This document shows positions 48,983 to 59,789 of a stretch of DNA of 64,000 bases, one piece after another. The DNA comes from a bacterium (GTDB lineage: Bacteria > UBA8248 > JACPRG01 > G963555815): contig CBDHDG010000007.1 of the NCBI GenBank assembly GCA_965261595.1, forward strand, positions 224,001-288,000. The letters are read 5' to 3'. The notes beneath the pieces are model-generated. The model was not told the origin of the DNA. It worked only from the letters and a program-made list of their open reading frames with translations, and searched no databases. Both the position numbers and the translations under genes were made by a program. Each line of letters opens with the position of its first letter. Position 1 is the first letter of the stretch.

Positions 48983-50263
48983 TCAGCGTCCGTCAAGAAA
49001 CGAAAATACAGTTCGCGCGAGAACCCTGGCGACCTGAGCCAACTCTTCCAGGTCCACGTATTCATCGGGACCTCCAATGTTGCGCCCCGTCGGCCCATAC
49101 GTGGCCGAGGGAACTCCCGCCGCCCGGAAAAGCCTCGCGTCCGTCGCTCCAATGCGAAGCGCCAGCACCGGCTCCTCGCCCATGACGCGCTCGATCTCGT
49201 CCCGAAGGACCCGGAACAGCGGCGAGTCCGGCTCCGAGACGGTCGAATCGAACGCCCTCAACTCCTCCCATTCGACATCGGGATGGGCGGCCAAGACTTC
49301 GTCCAGGATATTTCGGACGCGGTCCGTCGGCAATCCCGGCGGAACCCGGATATCCAATTCCGCGGCGCACGCCTCCGCCACGAGGTTGACTTTGTCTCCC
49401 CCCGATATCTTACCCACGTTGGCCGTAACGGCCCTCAGAATTTCCCGGTCTTCCTCTACCCATAAGTTTCGAGGGTCTTCCCGGGCGGCTTCGAAATAAT
49501 GCTCGAGCTCCAGCGGAAGAACCGGCCCGATCATTCCGAGGCGCCTGCGCACCTCCGCCAGAACAACAAGGAGCGCATCGACCGCGCTCTTTCCTCTGTG
49601 GACGAAGGCCCCGTGAGCCCCCCGCCCCCTTGCGGCCACCCGAACCCAGAAAAGCCCCTTTTGGCCGAAGCAGAGCGTGCGCGGCCCGCTGTTCTCCGGG
49701 CTGAGCATGACATCGCCCCGCGCCTCGGGGGCTTCGGCCAACAGGTGGGCGGAGCCTTTCTCGCCCATTGTTTCCTCGTCGGAGGCAAGCGTCAGCACCA
49801 ACTCCCCGCTGAACTTTTCCGGGTTTTTGGCCGCCAGAGCGGTGATGAGCAACAACGCCGCCACGCTCCCCTTCATATCGACGGCTCCCCGGCCGTAGAG
49901 CCTGCCGCCTTCGATTTCGCCGCCAAAGGGCGGGTGTTTCCATAAGCGGGCGTCGCCGGCCGGGAACGTGTCGATGTGCGCGTTCAGGACCAGCCTCCGG
50001 CCCGGCCGCCCCCCCCCGCCCCCTCCCCCCCCCGCCACCGGCGCGATGAGGTTCGGCATCGAGGGATCCGCGGCGATTCGGCGAACATCGACCCCCCGGC
50101 CGCGAAGCCAGTCTTCGCAGAAATCACAGACCTCTCGGGTGTCCCCCGGCGGATTTTCACTGGGGATCCTGACGAGTTCGGCCGCAAGGTCGATCAACTC
50201 GGGGGATGAATCCAGAATCGCCCCATCCGCCCAGGCGACCGCGTCATTGGGAGCATTGTTCAT
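48983..50263 (-). CDS. M20/ArgE/DapE-family metallopeptidase/deacylase
   Basis: NAHIDT, YGRGAVDMKG and DEE motifs. Confidence 0.9.
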   Translation of the reverse strand: MNNAPNDAVAWADGAILDSSPELIDLAAELVRIPSENPPGDTREVCDFCEDWLRGRGVDVRRIAADPSMPNLIAPVAGGGGGGGGRPGRRLVLNAHIDTFPAGDARLWKHPPFGGEIEGGRLYGRGAVDMKGSVAALLLITALAAKNPEKFSGELVLTLASDEETMGEKGSAHLLAEAPEARGDVMLSPENSGPRTLCFGQKGLFWVRVAARGRGAHGAFVHRGKSAVDALLVVLAEVRRRLGMIGPVLPLELEHYFEAAREDPRNLWVEEDREILRAVTANVGKISGGDKVNLVAEACAAELDIRVPPGLPTDRVRNILDEVLAAHPDVEWEELRAFDSTVSEPDSPLFRVLRDEIERVMGEEPVLALRIGATDARLFRAAGVPSATYGPTGRNIGGPDEYVDLEELAQVARVLARTVFSFLDGR

Positions 50264-50320
50264 GATGCTTCGGGAATTCCCCGCGATAGGGGATGGGTGA
50301 AATTTCGTTCGGCTATTGAG

Positions 50321-50349
50321 ACCGTATCGGAAGCCTCGGGGTCTGTCAA
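50321..50349 (-). promoter_or_regulatory. Putative sigma70 promoter of the M20 gene
   Basis: Minus strand TTGACA-17 nt-TACGGT. Confidence 0.45.
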
Positions 50350-50526
50350 GAAGACGAGTCATGGGTGCGATAAACGCCCGGTTCGTGAGGCATCGGCCCG
50401 CCGGGGGGCGCAAAGTCTCGACCTGAAACGGTTCCGACCCCTTTCTCTGGGAATCCTACTGGGCTAAACTCGATGTAACGGAGTTTCAGAATCCTCTGGC
50501 AGATATTCAACGACAAGGAAATCAGG

Positions 50527-51000
50527 ATGCTCGCGCAAATTCATTATTGGACGGCGACGATTTATTCTGCTTGCCTGCTTTGCATGGCAATCTGGACACC
50601 CCTCGTACGGCGGCTGCCTCCCGAAAGGTGCATGGGCCGGTTCTCCCGGGTGCTTGTCATCTACCACCCTTTCATTCTCGTACTCTTGGGCGTGATTTTG
50701 ATGACGGGCGCGATGCTGATCACCGAGCTCAAGATTCGCATCGGGGTGGAATTCTTTGAAGTCATGTTCCACAGCCTCGGCCAGAAGCTCCTGATCTTCT
50801 TCTTGATTGCGTTGTATAGCTCCCACATGTTCTTCGGGGTGGGCCTGAAATTGACAAGAGCGAACGCACCCCTGGAGCTGCGGGAGTTCGAAATGCCCAT
50901 GGAGGATCAGCTTCGGACCCTGCGGCGGCTTCATACGGGAACCATCGTGAACCTAGGTCTGACCATTTACGCTTACGCTTTGGGTGTCACCTTGGTGTAG
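50527..51000 (+). CDS. Hypothetical four-TM membrane protein
   Basis: 157 aa with four hydrophobic stretches; AAGGA RBS. Confidence 0.7.
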   Translation: MLAQIHYWTATIYSACLLCMAIWTPLVRRLPPERCMGRFSRVLVIYHPFILVLLGVILMTGAMLITELKIRIGVEFFEVMFHSLGQKLLIFFLIALYSSHMFFGVGLKLTRANAPLELREFEMPMEDQLRTLRRLHTGTIVNLGLTIYAYALGVTLV

Positions 51001-51127
51001 CGGGCGACTCGGCCCGGACGTTTTTTTCCGGAGGAGCCGGAGCGACGCCCGCTTCCATCGCCTTTGTCATCAAATCTGGAGGGAAGACACGATAACTCAA
51101 ATCCTTCAGCGGCTGGACCAAGCGTCG

Positions 51128-52948
51128 TTACTGATTTTCCTCAAGCCCCCGGGGGACTGAATGAGGGGCCGGCGGCTCGACCGGGTCGGCCACGTCCCCT
51201 TCCTCGTGGATGTCTTTGTGGACGCCGAAGGCCTCCATCACGTCTTCCGCCGTGATGATCCCCTCGATGATCGTCGGATTCACCCGGTTGACGACGGCCA
51301 GGCGCGAGATGTCCCGGGACCCCAGCTTATGGAGAACAACATCGAGGGTCTGATCCGGGTGGGCGTGGGCGACGTAAGTCGTCGTGCCGATCTCCTTGAT
51401 GGCGGTCGTTTGGTTCCCTTGCGCCATCGCCTGCTTCAGGTCCCAGATGCTGATCATTCCGGTCAACTGTTGCTCGCGATCCACCATGGGAAATCCCGTG
51501 AACTCAAGGTCCCGGATGCGTAGGATGGCCTCCTCCGCCGTCAGGTGATCTTCCAAGGTGACCACGTCCCGGACCATGGCGTTCTCGACGTGGATGTTCT
51601 CCAGGATGTGGCGCGTCTGGTTCGTGGGCAGGTGGATCCCCTCCTGGAGCGAGAGGCTTTCGTATGTGCCCTTGCGTTGCAGCCAGTTGGAGACCCGGAG
51701 GCTGACCAGGTTCGCCACCATGAGCGGAAGGATGATGTGGTAGTCCTGCGTCATCTCGAAGATGATGAGGACCGAAGTCATGGGCGTGCGAATCACGCCG
51801 GCAAAAACCGCCCCCATCCCCACCAACGCATACGCCCCGTACCCGGCGCTGACTGAAGGGAAAAGCGTGTGCACCACCCACCCCAATGATCCCCCCACCA
51901 TGGCCCCCATGAAGAGGGACGGCGCGAAGATGCCGCCGGCCGTTCCCGTCGCGTAGGAAATGATCGTCCCGAAGATCTTCAACACCGCCAAAATCAATAA
52001 CAACTGAATCGGCAGCGATTCGTTCAAGGCCTGGTTCACGGTGGTGTAGCCCACGCCCATGATCTCGGGCCGGAACGTCGCGATGAGGCCGATGGCCAGG
52101 CCGCCCAGCCCCGTGATCATGACAGCCTTCGCGCCTTTGTGGACGTGGCAGCGGGCCCGAAGCCGCAAAAGCCCGCGAATAAACGCCACCGACACGAGTC
52201 CCGCAACAACGCCGAGGATCCCATAAAAGACGAATTCCACCGGATGCTGGAGACGATAAGCGGGCACGTTGAACACGGGCTCGGTTCCCAGGATGGCCCG
52301 CTCGACCACCGCCGCCGACACGGAAGCCAGAACGATGGAGCCCAGCACCCGGGCGTTGAGATCGCCCACCAGCTCTTCCAGGGTGAAGGTCACGGCCGCG
52401 ATGGGCGTGTTGAAGGCCGCGGCCAGTCCCGCGGCCGCACCGACGGGCAAGAGGGTCTTGACCTGATCCCTGGTCAGGGAGATGGCCCGTCCGATGGCCG
52501 AAGCCACGCCCGCGCAGATTTGAACGGTCGGCCCTTCCCGCCCGATGGACCCGCCCGTGCCGATGCTGAGGGCGCTCAGAAAAAATTTCCCAATCGTCAC
52601 CCGGAACGGGATGACGCCGCTTCGCGCGAAGTAGGCTGTTTTCGTTTGCGGGATTCCGCTGCCGCGCGCCTCGGGGACCACGTATTGAAGAAAAATCCCC
52701 GCCACCAAGGCCCCCGCGCCGGGGATCCAGAGAAAGCGGAGCCATCCGGCGTTGGAGGCGACAAAATCAGGCGCGCCGAAAAGCAGGGCCGTGACCTTCT
52801 GGATAAGGAGATGGAAACTGACGGCGACCAGGCCGCAAACGGCCCCGATCGCAATGCTCCAGAACAGGAAGATCCGTTTGGGTTCGAGCCCGAAGCGCCC
52901 AAAGGTCTGAAGGATTCTGATTTCGGCTTTGCGCCAGGTTTCGGGCAT
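51128..52948 (-). CDS. CLC-family Cl-/H+ antiporter with two CBS domains
   Basis: GSGIP, GREGP, FTLEE and GGIFAP motifs; C-terminal CBS pair. Confidence 0.94.
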   Translation of the reverse strand: MPETWRKAEIRILQTFGRFGLEPKRIFLFWSIAIGAVCGLVAVSFHLLIQKVTALLFGAPDFVASNAGWLRFLWIPGAGALVAGIFLQYVVPEARGSGIPQTKTAYFARSGVIPFRVTIGKFFLSALSIGTGGSIGREGPTVQICAGVASAIGRAISLTRDQVKTLLPVGAAAGLAAAFNTPIAAVTFTLEELVGDLNARVLGSIVLASVSAAVVERAILGTEPVFNVPAYRLQHPVEFVFYGILGVVAGLVSVAFIRGLLRLRARCHVHKGAKAVMITGLGGLAIGLIATFRPEIMGVGYTTVNQALNESLPIQLLLILAVLKIFGTIISYATGTAGGIFAPSLFMGAMVGGSLGWVVHTLFPSVSAGYGAYALVGMGAVFAGVIRTPMTSVLIIFEMTQDYHIILPLMVANLVSLRVSNWLQRKGTYESLSLQEGIHLPTNQTRHILENIHVENAMVRDVVTLEDHLTAEEAILRIRDLEFTGFPMVDREQQLTGMISIWDLKQAMAQGNQTTAIKEIGTTTYVAHAHPDQTLDVVLHKLGSRDISRLAVVNRVNPTIIEGIITAEDVMEAFGVHKDIHEEGDVADPVEPPAPHSVPRGLEENQ

Positions 52949-53085
52949 GGTCTTCTGTCGAGAAAACTTGAGGTTAAATTCGTGAAATCCCGTAGTTAGG
53001 TAATTCTCGCCTTTCTCCGGGTCAAGGAATCCCGCCCGATTGGATTGAAATTTCCAAAACTTATCGCGAATTCAGCCGAAATGGG

Positions 53086-54309
53086 TCAGCGTCGGCTCGC
53101 GTGCTCTTTCCGGCGGGTTCGAGCCGCGCGGGCGCAGAGCCGTTCGAGAACCTCCGCAACCCGATCGACTTCCTCCGCGAGATTCAGGTAGTGGAGCGAG
53201 ATTCTCACGCCGGGGGGATAAGCCGGGACTTCACGAACCAGAACCCGCTCCCGGCGGATGAGCTCATCCACGACCGCCGCCGCCGGAATCCCGGGGATGC
53301 GGACAGACACGAGACCCGAATGGGCCTTTCCCCGGCCTGACGGCCGGTAACTGAGGAGCTCGATGCCGGAGACGTCCTCGATCCGGTCCAGAAGACGACC
53401 GGCCAGGGACAGGATCCGCCGCTCGATCGAGGCCGGTCCCAGACGCAGAGTGGTTTCAGCCCCCGCGGCCAATCCGGCGAAGAGCGCCGTGCTTTTCGTG
53501 GCCAGCTCGAAACGTCGCCCGTCGGGATAGGGTAGATACGTGGCGGAGGCAAGGTCTTTCTCACCCGCCGTTTCGTAACCCGCGCCGGGGAGAATCAGCG
53601 TCTCCCGGAGGTCCCCGCGGACGAACAGGGCGCCGGTCCCCTGAGGTCCCAGGAGCCACTTCTGACCCGGGAGCGTGTAAAAATCGCAACCGAGCTTCCG
53701 GACGTCGATCTTGATCGCTCCGGCGGCTTGGGCGCCATCGATCATCAAGTAGATCCCCCGGCCCTTGGCGAGCGCCGCCACCTCCCGCAACGGATATCGG
53801 CGCCCGGAAAGCCATGCGACATGGCTGATGCAAATGAGCCGGGTTCTCCGGTTGATCTTCTTTTTCAGGGCTTCGAGAAACCGGCCGTCATCGCCGTCGA
53901 TGGGGACCTGATGGACCTTGACGCCCTCCTGATCGCGGAGGACAAACCAGGGCAGATATCCTCCCGGATGTTCCGCGTTGGAGATGATGACCTCATCATT
54001 CCTTTTCCATCTCAGCGAACAAGCGATGAGGTTAACGCCCGTTGTGGCGTTGTCCGTAAGGGTCATCTCATCGGCCCGGGCCCCGATGATGCGGCCCAGA
54101 ACCCGCCGGGCTTGGGCGAAGAAGGCGTCGCGGCGCTCCCGGACGTCCGGATGGGAAGGACCCAAGCGGCTCTCGCGCTCCAGGACCTCTCGCACCGCTT
54201 TGAGAACAGGCCGGGGAGAGGGGCCGCTGTGGCCCCAGTTCATGTAGACGTGGCGCTCCATCACGGGCATTTGACGCCTGAGACGCTGGACTGTTTTTCT
54301 GTCGATCAT
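53086..54309 (-). CDS. Class V PLP-dependent enzyme (cysteine desulfurase/lyase-like)
   Basis: NATTG, EHP, IDGAQAAG and PGQKWLLGPQGTG motifs. Confidence 0.88.
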   Translation of the reverse strand: MIDRKTVQRLRRQMPVMERHVYMNWGHSGPSPRPVLKAVREVLERESRLGPSHPDVRERRDAFFAQARRVLGRIIGARADEMTLTDNATTGVNLIACSLRWKRNDEVIISNAEHPGGYLPWFVLRDQEGVKVHQVPIDGDDGRFLEALKKKINRRTRLICISHVAWLSGRRYPLREVAALAKGRGIYLMIDGAQAAGAIKIDVRKLGCDFYTLPGQKWLLGPQGTGALFVRGDLRETLILPGAGYETAGEKDLASATYLPYPDGRRFELATKSTALFAGLAAGAETTLRLGPASIERRILSLAGRLLDRIEDVSGIELLSYRPSGRGKAHSGLVSVRIPGIPAAAVVDELIRRERVLVREVPAYPPGVRISLHYLNLAEEVDRVAEVLERLCARAARTRRKEHASRR

Positions 54310-54530
54310 TGAGCCTCCCGGGGCCGTCGTTCGCGGCTGAAGTTCCAATCCGGCTGTGCGCTGATTCAATCCGAATATTCATGCCATGGTCGAGGGGCCG
54401 GTGCATGCGGCGATGTGCATGGCAAGGCCCGGGACCGTGGTTGCGTGAGGATTTCGTGAGGATCCCCGAGGGATCCAGTGACCCCGAGGGTCCAGGTGGA
54501 CCTTCCAGGCGGGTTTCCGTGGCCCGGCGG

Positions 54531-55715
54531 CTACGGACATAACGAGTTCGGTGTGACGAAATAGCGCTTGCCGTTCAAATAGGTCTTTCGGTTTCGATGG
54601 CTCAAGCGAAATTCCCGCTTGGCGCCGTTTCGATGGCGCAGCTCCAATACAGGCCGGCCTTGATAGGCGTACACCCGCCAAGTCCCGAGCGCATTGTCGC
54701 GACTGTGCGACCCTCCAAATCCGCCGCCGGTGTCGAACGACATACTGTCCCGGCCCCGATAACTGAATTGTCCATTCGTGCAGAGAAAGATTTCGGTCTT
54801 GGTGCTGAAGCCTCCGCCCGTCGAGTACCCGCCAGATGAGGACCCGCTTGAAGAGTAGGTGGACAGATACGTCAGCAGCTTGCCCCGGATGTGGTTCTCC
54901 AGTTGTTTCACAATGGGCGGCGCGACGCGCCTTGAAAATTTGACGCCCTTGGCGATTTCTTCCGTAAGCGCGGCGCAGGTCGAGTTGTAACCGGCCTTCT
55001 CGACAGCGGCCTGGACCAAGACCCCGCCGCCATAAGGGGAAAGCACGCCGACAATCCGCGCCCGCGCGGGCGTCCCTTGAAAACTGCCCTCGAATTCCGC
55101 CCCCAGCATATTCTGTCCGAGGGTCTGAACGGGGCCGGCAAGCGTCATCCGGGTGGTCTGCTCGTATACCAAGCCTTTTCGGGTTTCCGCCCGGATTTCA
55201 TCGAGACTGTTCATTTCGTGGGGCGACACCAGAACAAACCCTTTGATTGAATCATGCCCAAGCAGGAACCCGGCCGGGATCTTCCGCGCACTCCACCCCT
55301 TGGGCGGAGTAAACCGGAAGCCCCACGAGGGGTCGCCGATCTCTCTTTGTGCATGTGGCGGGCCTGTCCCGGTCCCCGGGGACCCGGAACCGGCGGAGGC
55401 CCCCGATTGCCGGGTCACTCTCGTGAAGCGGTAAGTCTGTCCCTGCACGCGAATGTCCAACCGGCCGTCGCCCGCCGTCGCCGCGCAAGAAAGCTTTTCT
55501 CCAGCCGGTGTGACGACCATGCACTGGATCCCGCCGTTTTGTTCCTTGCCCACCACCCGGTAAAAACCTTCAGCGGTTTGAGTGTTGAGTTGAAACATGT
55601 TCCCTTGCCGGATGAGCTCAGCCTTGCCGAGCCGGCTCGAGTATCGCCCGGGTTCAAGGGGTCCGGCGGCAAATCCGGCGCCGAGAAAAAAAAGAATCCC
55701 AAATAGGGGGATCAT
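54531..55715 (-). CDS. Hypothetical secreted multi-domain protein
   Basis: Long ORF with signal-like N-terminus (MIPLFGILFFLGAGFAA) and Gly/Ser linkers. Start uncertain (up to 55805). Confidence 0.65.
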   Translation of the reverse strand: MIPLFGILFFLGAGFAAGPLEPGRYSSRLGKAELIRQGNMFQLNTQTAEGFYRVVGKEQNGGIQCMVVTPAGEKLSCAATAGDGRLDIRVQGQTYRFTRVTRQSGASAGSGSPGTGTGPPHAQREIGDPSWGFRFTPPKGWSARKIPAGFLLGHDSIKGFVLVSPHEMNSLDEIRAETRKGLVYEQTTRMTLAGPVQTLGQNMLGAEFEGSFQGTPARARIVGVLSPYGGGVLVQAAVEKAGYNSTCAALTEEIAKGVKFSRRVAPPIVKQLENHIRGKLLTYLSTYSSSGSSSGGYSTGGGFSTKTEIFLCTNGQFSYRGRDSMSFDTGGGFGGSHSRDNALGTWRVYAYQGRPVLELRHRNGAKREFRLSHRNRKTYLNGKRYFVTPNSLCP

Positions 55716-56003
55716 CCGGGAGAGAGATTGTCGCAAGGTCCGGTGAATTCCGGAAACGCGGTCCACCGACTGGATGAAGAAGTCAGACCCTTGATGATCC
55801 ATCACGATCTCGTCTTTGAATGGATGCGGACGGACCTTAAAAATCCCTGAAAATCATGAATCCAGGGTGCATGTTATCATCCCCCCGTGTGCATCCGCTC
55901 GGTTCAATGACACCCAGTGAAAAGGATTCACCGAGCCCCGCCTTGATTGCCGGAAGAGGCCCAACGTAAAATGGGACGATTTTTGGCCTGAGGCGGGTTC
56001 TGG

Positions 56004-57188
56004 ATGTCCGATAGACTCTCTGAAAACATTACCTTTATCCATACAGCGGACGTGCACCTGGGGCGTCCTTTCGACAGCCTCGGCAGCCGGATGCCGGAAC
56101 GGCGGGAGGACCTGCGCGCCGCGTTCGGCCGCATGGTCGAACGGGCGGAGAAGGAAAAGGTCGACCTATTCCTGGTCGCGGGTGATTTATTCGACTCCCC
56201 CTGCCCTCCGCCGGCGGACCGTGAAGCGGCCCGGGCGGGTTTCCTACGCTTGCGCGAGGCCGGCGTTCGGGTCTTCGCGATTCCCGGCAACCATGATTTC
56301 TTCATTCCCGGCGGGGTGTGGTCCGAGATGGAGACCGCCGGCGTCACGGTCTTTTCGCGCCCGCAATTGGAATGGAAAGAGGTTCCGTCCGCGGGAGCCC
56401 GCGTTTTCGGAATGGCTTATGACCGGGAACGGCCCCGGTCTCGACCCTTGGCCGACCTTCAGGCTGAGGGAGGAGGGGGGGGGGAGGATGGCGCGGCGGG
56501 GGCTCGGATTCTTCTCATTCACGGCTCCCTCGAGGTCCTCGGCGAGGGCGCCGACGACGCCCCCTTCAGCGAGGCGGAAATTTCCCGGCTTCCCTTCGAT
56601 TATGTCGCCCTTGGCCATTATCACCGTTGGCGGGAGATCGGACAGCGGCCCCTCGCGGCCTATCCCGGCTCGCCCAGCGGGGTCGGGATGACTTCCCGCG
56701 AAGCCGGTGAGCGTTATTTTCTTTTGGGTTGGGTGGAAACGGATGAAGCGGAAAGGAGCGTTCACTTGGAAAGGATCCCCGCGGGCGGACGGACGATCCA
56801 CGTCAAGGAGCTCGACCTTTCCCGTTCCGCGAATCCGGAGAACCTTTTCGAGGCGGTTCGTAACGCGGCCGGGCCGGATGACCTGCTCAGCTTGCGCCTC
56901 ACCGGCGTTCCTTCACCGGAGGTCTGGGAGGCCGCCGGTGAGTTGGAAGACCGCTTCGAGGGCGTCTTCTTTCACTTTCGTGTGGACCAAAGCGGAGTGG
57001 CGGCTCTCGAAAAGATTCCCGACGACGACCGGTTTATCCTCGGCCGCTTTTGCAACAAGCTTCAATCCAGGATCCGACAAACCGAAGGAGAGGAACGGGT
57101 CGTTTACGAGATGGCGCTCCGTCTGGGGCTGGCGGCCGTGAATCCCTCGAAGTCCTCGGCCCAACCGTTCTCCTTAACCGCTTCATGA
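56004..57188 (+). CDS. SbcD/Mre11-like (YhaO-type) DNA repair metallophosphoesterase
   Basis: HTADVHLG, AGDLFD, GNHD, HG, ALGHYH and YPGS motifs. Confidence 0.92.
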   Translation: MSDRLSENITFIHTADVHLGRPFDSLGSRMPERREDLRAAFGRMVERAEKEKVDLFLVAGDLFDSPCPPPADREAARAGFLRLREAGVRVFAIPGNHDFFIPGGVWSEMETAGVTVFSRPQLEWKEVPSAGARVFGMAYDRERPRSRPLADLQAEGGGGGEDGAAGARILLIHGSLEVLGEGADDAPFSEAEISRLPFDYVALGHYHRWREIGQRPLAAYPGSPSGVGMTSREAGERYFLLGWVETDEAERSVHLERIPAGGRTIHVKELDLSRSANPENLFEAVRNAAGPDDLLSLRLTGVPSPEVWEAAGELEDRFEGVFFHFRVDQSGVAALEKIPDDDRFILGRFCNKLQSRIRQTEGEERVVYEMALRLGLAAVNPSKSSAQPFSLTAS

Positions 57189-59770
57189 AAATCATCGCCC
57201 TGGAAATTTGCGGAGTCCGATCCTACCGGGAGTTCCGGCGGCTGGAGCTTTCGCCCGAGTTGAACGTTTTTGTGGGACCGAACCGGGCGGGGAAAACCAG
57301 CCTCGCGGATGCTTTGGCGGCGGCGCTATATGGCCCCGACCGGCCACGGTCAATAAGCCCCCTGGCCAAAGCGGATCTCAAAACCTGGCAAGCCGGTCCC
57401 TCGAACGCCGGCGCGGACGGGACCGGGGAGCGTAAGGGCGCCGAGTTTCGGACAGCCGTCGAGTTGGAAACGGGGGAAGGGCGCTTCAGGCTGGAGCGGG
57501 ACCTGGAATCAGGCCGGGCGGTTCTGCGCGTGGGCGATGGAGATGGATGGCGGCTCCAAACAACGGATAACCGGGAAATCTCCGCCCTGGTCAAGAAAAT
57601 CACGGGAATCGACCGTGCGGAGCTGTTTCTGGCCACCGCCTACCTGCGGCAGGGAGACCTTGCACGGATTGCGGAATCGGGCAATCTGGAGCGGATGGGC
57701 GAGCTCCTGCGCGTCATGATATCCGGCGCGCCCCAGGCGAATGTCGCGGACATTCTCGATAAGCTTCGCGCCGCCCAAAGGGATGTCAAAGCAGAGGGGA
57801 CAATAGGCCATCGGCCGGTGAACCCGAGAGAGTACGACCGGCTGTTGATCGAACGGGATGAGGTGCGGGACCGGATAGCGTGGACCCAGGAAACCTACCG
57901 GGTCATCGTGTCGCTCTCCGAACGAAAGGTCGCGCTCGAAAAAACCCTTCCGGAAAATCAGAGACGATTAGAGGAAGTGACCGCCCTTGTTGACCGCTGG
58001 AAGCGGAAAACAGTCCTGGAAAAGGAGACAGCCGAAGCGGTTACGCAAGCGAACGCCCTCAACCGGCGCCTTCGCAGACTTCAAGAGATTCGGGAGACGC
58101 TGATTCCCGCCCGGGAGGCGTTGCGCGAGATCGGAGACGTGGAGGGGTTGAACCAAGCGGTCACCGAGCGCCTTCCCGCGTTGCGGGCAGAGCGGGACGC
58201 AATGGAAAAGCGGTCGGCCGAACTCCAAAGCGAAGTCTCCCGGTTTGAGGGGGAGCTGAAATCCCTTCGGGAAGAGAGAGAGCGTCTTGAGCATTTCGGA
58301 GATCAATCCGAATTCATCGAGGAGAAACTCCCAGTCTGGCAAGGGGCCTTGCGGGAGGATGCCCGCGCCCTTCCCGGAGGAAAGAAAGCGGGCCGAGGCC
58401 AGGGGAATGTTTTATCCGTTCCCTCGTGGGGAAAAATTGTTTTCGCCATGATCTTGTTCCTCCTCACGGTCTCCACGCCCGTGATCTACTGGGCCGTTCT
58501 CGGTGAAGCCCCCCTATATCTCGCCGCTTTCCTGGGACTTGGGTTTCCGGTTCTTCTGTGGGCGGTCCTGCTTCTCAACCGGCGTTTGTTCAAAAATCTT
58601 CGGACGGGGCGCCGGGAGACCGACGCGGGGGGGGAGGGGGGGGCTTCTCCAGAAAGCCGGGCGGAGGAGCGTGTGGAAAATCCCCGGGAGAGTCTGGCGG
58701 GGTTGTTGCGCTCCCTCGAAGTGGAAACCGCCGATGAGGCCCGGGCGGGCCTTCGCGGGTTTCGGAACATCCTGTCCGCTTTGGAGTCCCTGGAAGACCT
58801 TCACCGCCGCGCCGATGGGGACTTGAAAAAGGCCACCGCCGTTACGGAAAAACTGAACGAACAAATCCGGGCGATCCTCGACCGATTCCAAGTGAATCAC
58901 GAGAATGAGCTGATAGAGGCGCACAACCGAGCCCAAGAATCGCTCCGGCGCCGGGAAGATCTCACGGCGCGGGAAAAGGAGCTCCTGGCCGAGGGGTCTG
59001 AGGAGGACATGACCGACCGCCTGGATGACGCGGACCGCCGGCGCCGCGACCTGAGCCGGGAATCCGAGGAAGGGGGATTCGACCTGTTCCATCCGTCTTC
59101 CTCCGAGGTGGAAACATGGCGCGGAGAGCATGCGTCATTATCGGAGGCCGTCGACAAGAACCGGATGGAGCTCATCCGCATCCGAACCCGGCTCGAAGAG
59201 AAAACGGGGGAAGGATTCTCTTCCCTCGAAACGCTGCAAGAGCGGCTGGATGAAATTGAAGGACGCCTGAGAAATCTCGACCTCCTCCACCAGGCATACG
59301 GTGTGGCCGTTGAAACCTTGGAGGAGTCCGTCCGTGAGCTGGAAGATTCCTATCTTCCCCGGCTCGAACGGGGGGTGGAGGATCATTTCCGCTCTGTGAT
59401 CGGCCGCGATTTCGGGATCGATCTGACCACCCGATGGCCAGCCGTGACGGTCGCCCTCCCGGACCATCCCGAGACCGAGCCCCGGAACCTGAGCCGCGGC
59501 ACCGCCGACCAGTTGTTCTTGGCCTTACGGGTCGCATGCCTGGAATTGTTGGGCGGAGAGGAGCCGCTTCCCCTCGTCCTGGACGACCCCTTCGTCCACT
59601 ACGACGACGCGACGCTCCAAAGGGCGTTGGATTGGCTGAGCCGGATGGCCGCACGCACGCAGATCATCTTTCTGGCCGCAAGAGAAGCTTACGCGGACTG
59701 GGCCGAAAGACCGGATGTTGCGGGCAAGACAAAGGTGTTCAGGCTCGGGCCGGCGGCGACGGAGGTTTGA
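57185..59770 (+). CDS. SMC-like ATPase (YhaN/SbcE type) with central TM segments
   Basis: GPNRAGKT Walker A, long coiled coils, LSRGTADQL signature, LDDPFVHYD Walker B; ATGA overlap with the nuclease gene. Confidence 0.9.
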   Translation: MKIIALEICGVRSYREFRRLELSPELNVFVGPNRAGKTSLADALAAALYGPDRPRSISPLAKADLKTWQAGPSNAGADGTGERKGAEFRTAVELETGEGRFRLERDLESGRAVLRVGDGDGWRLQTTDNREISALVKKITGIDRAELFLATAYLRQGDLARIAESGNLERMGELLRVMISGAPQANVADILDKLRAAQRDVKAEGTIGHRPVNPREYDRLLIERDEVRDRIAWTQETYRVIVSLSERKVALEKTLPENQRRLEEVTALVDRWKRKTVLEKETAEAVTQANALNRRLRRLQEIRETLIPAREALREIGDVEGLNQAVTERLPALRAERDAMEKRSAELQSEVSRFEGELKSLREERERLEHFGDQSEFIEEKLPVWQGALREDARALPGGKKAGRGQGNVLSVPSWGKIVFAMILFLLTVSTPVIYWAVLGEAPLYLAAFLGLGFPVLLWAVLLLNRRLFKNLRTGRRETDAGGEGGASPESRAEERVENPRESLAGLLRSLEVETADEARAGLRGFRNILSALESLEDLHRRADGDLKKATAVTEKLNEQIRAILDRFQVNHENELIEAHNRAQESLRRREDLTAREKELLAEGSEEDMTDRLDDADRRRRDLSRESEEGGFDLFHPSSSEVETWRGEHASLSEAVDKNRMELIRIRTRLEEKTGEGFSSLETLQERLDEIEGRLRNLDLLHQAYGVAVETLEESVRELEDSYLPRLERGVEDHFRSVIGRDFGIDLTTRWPAVTVALPDHPETEPRNLSRGTADQLFLALRVACLELLGGEEPLPLVLDDPFVHYDDATLQRALDWLSRMAARTQIIFLAAREAYADWAERPDVAGKTKVFRLGPAATEV

Positions 59771-59789
59771 TGAGCGCGAAGAACGCCTT

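Noticed and set aside
54465..54496. Short imperfect direct repeat CCCCGAGGG(A)TCCAG in an intergenic region
   Set aside because: Only two short copies in GC-rich DNA and not noticed elsewhere in the window.
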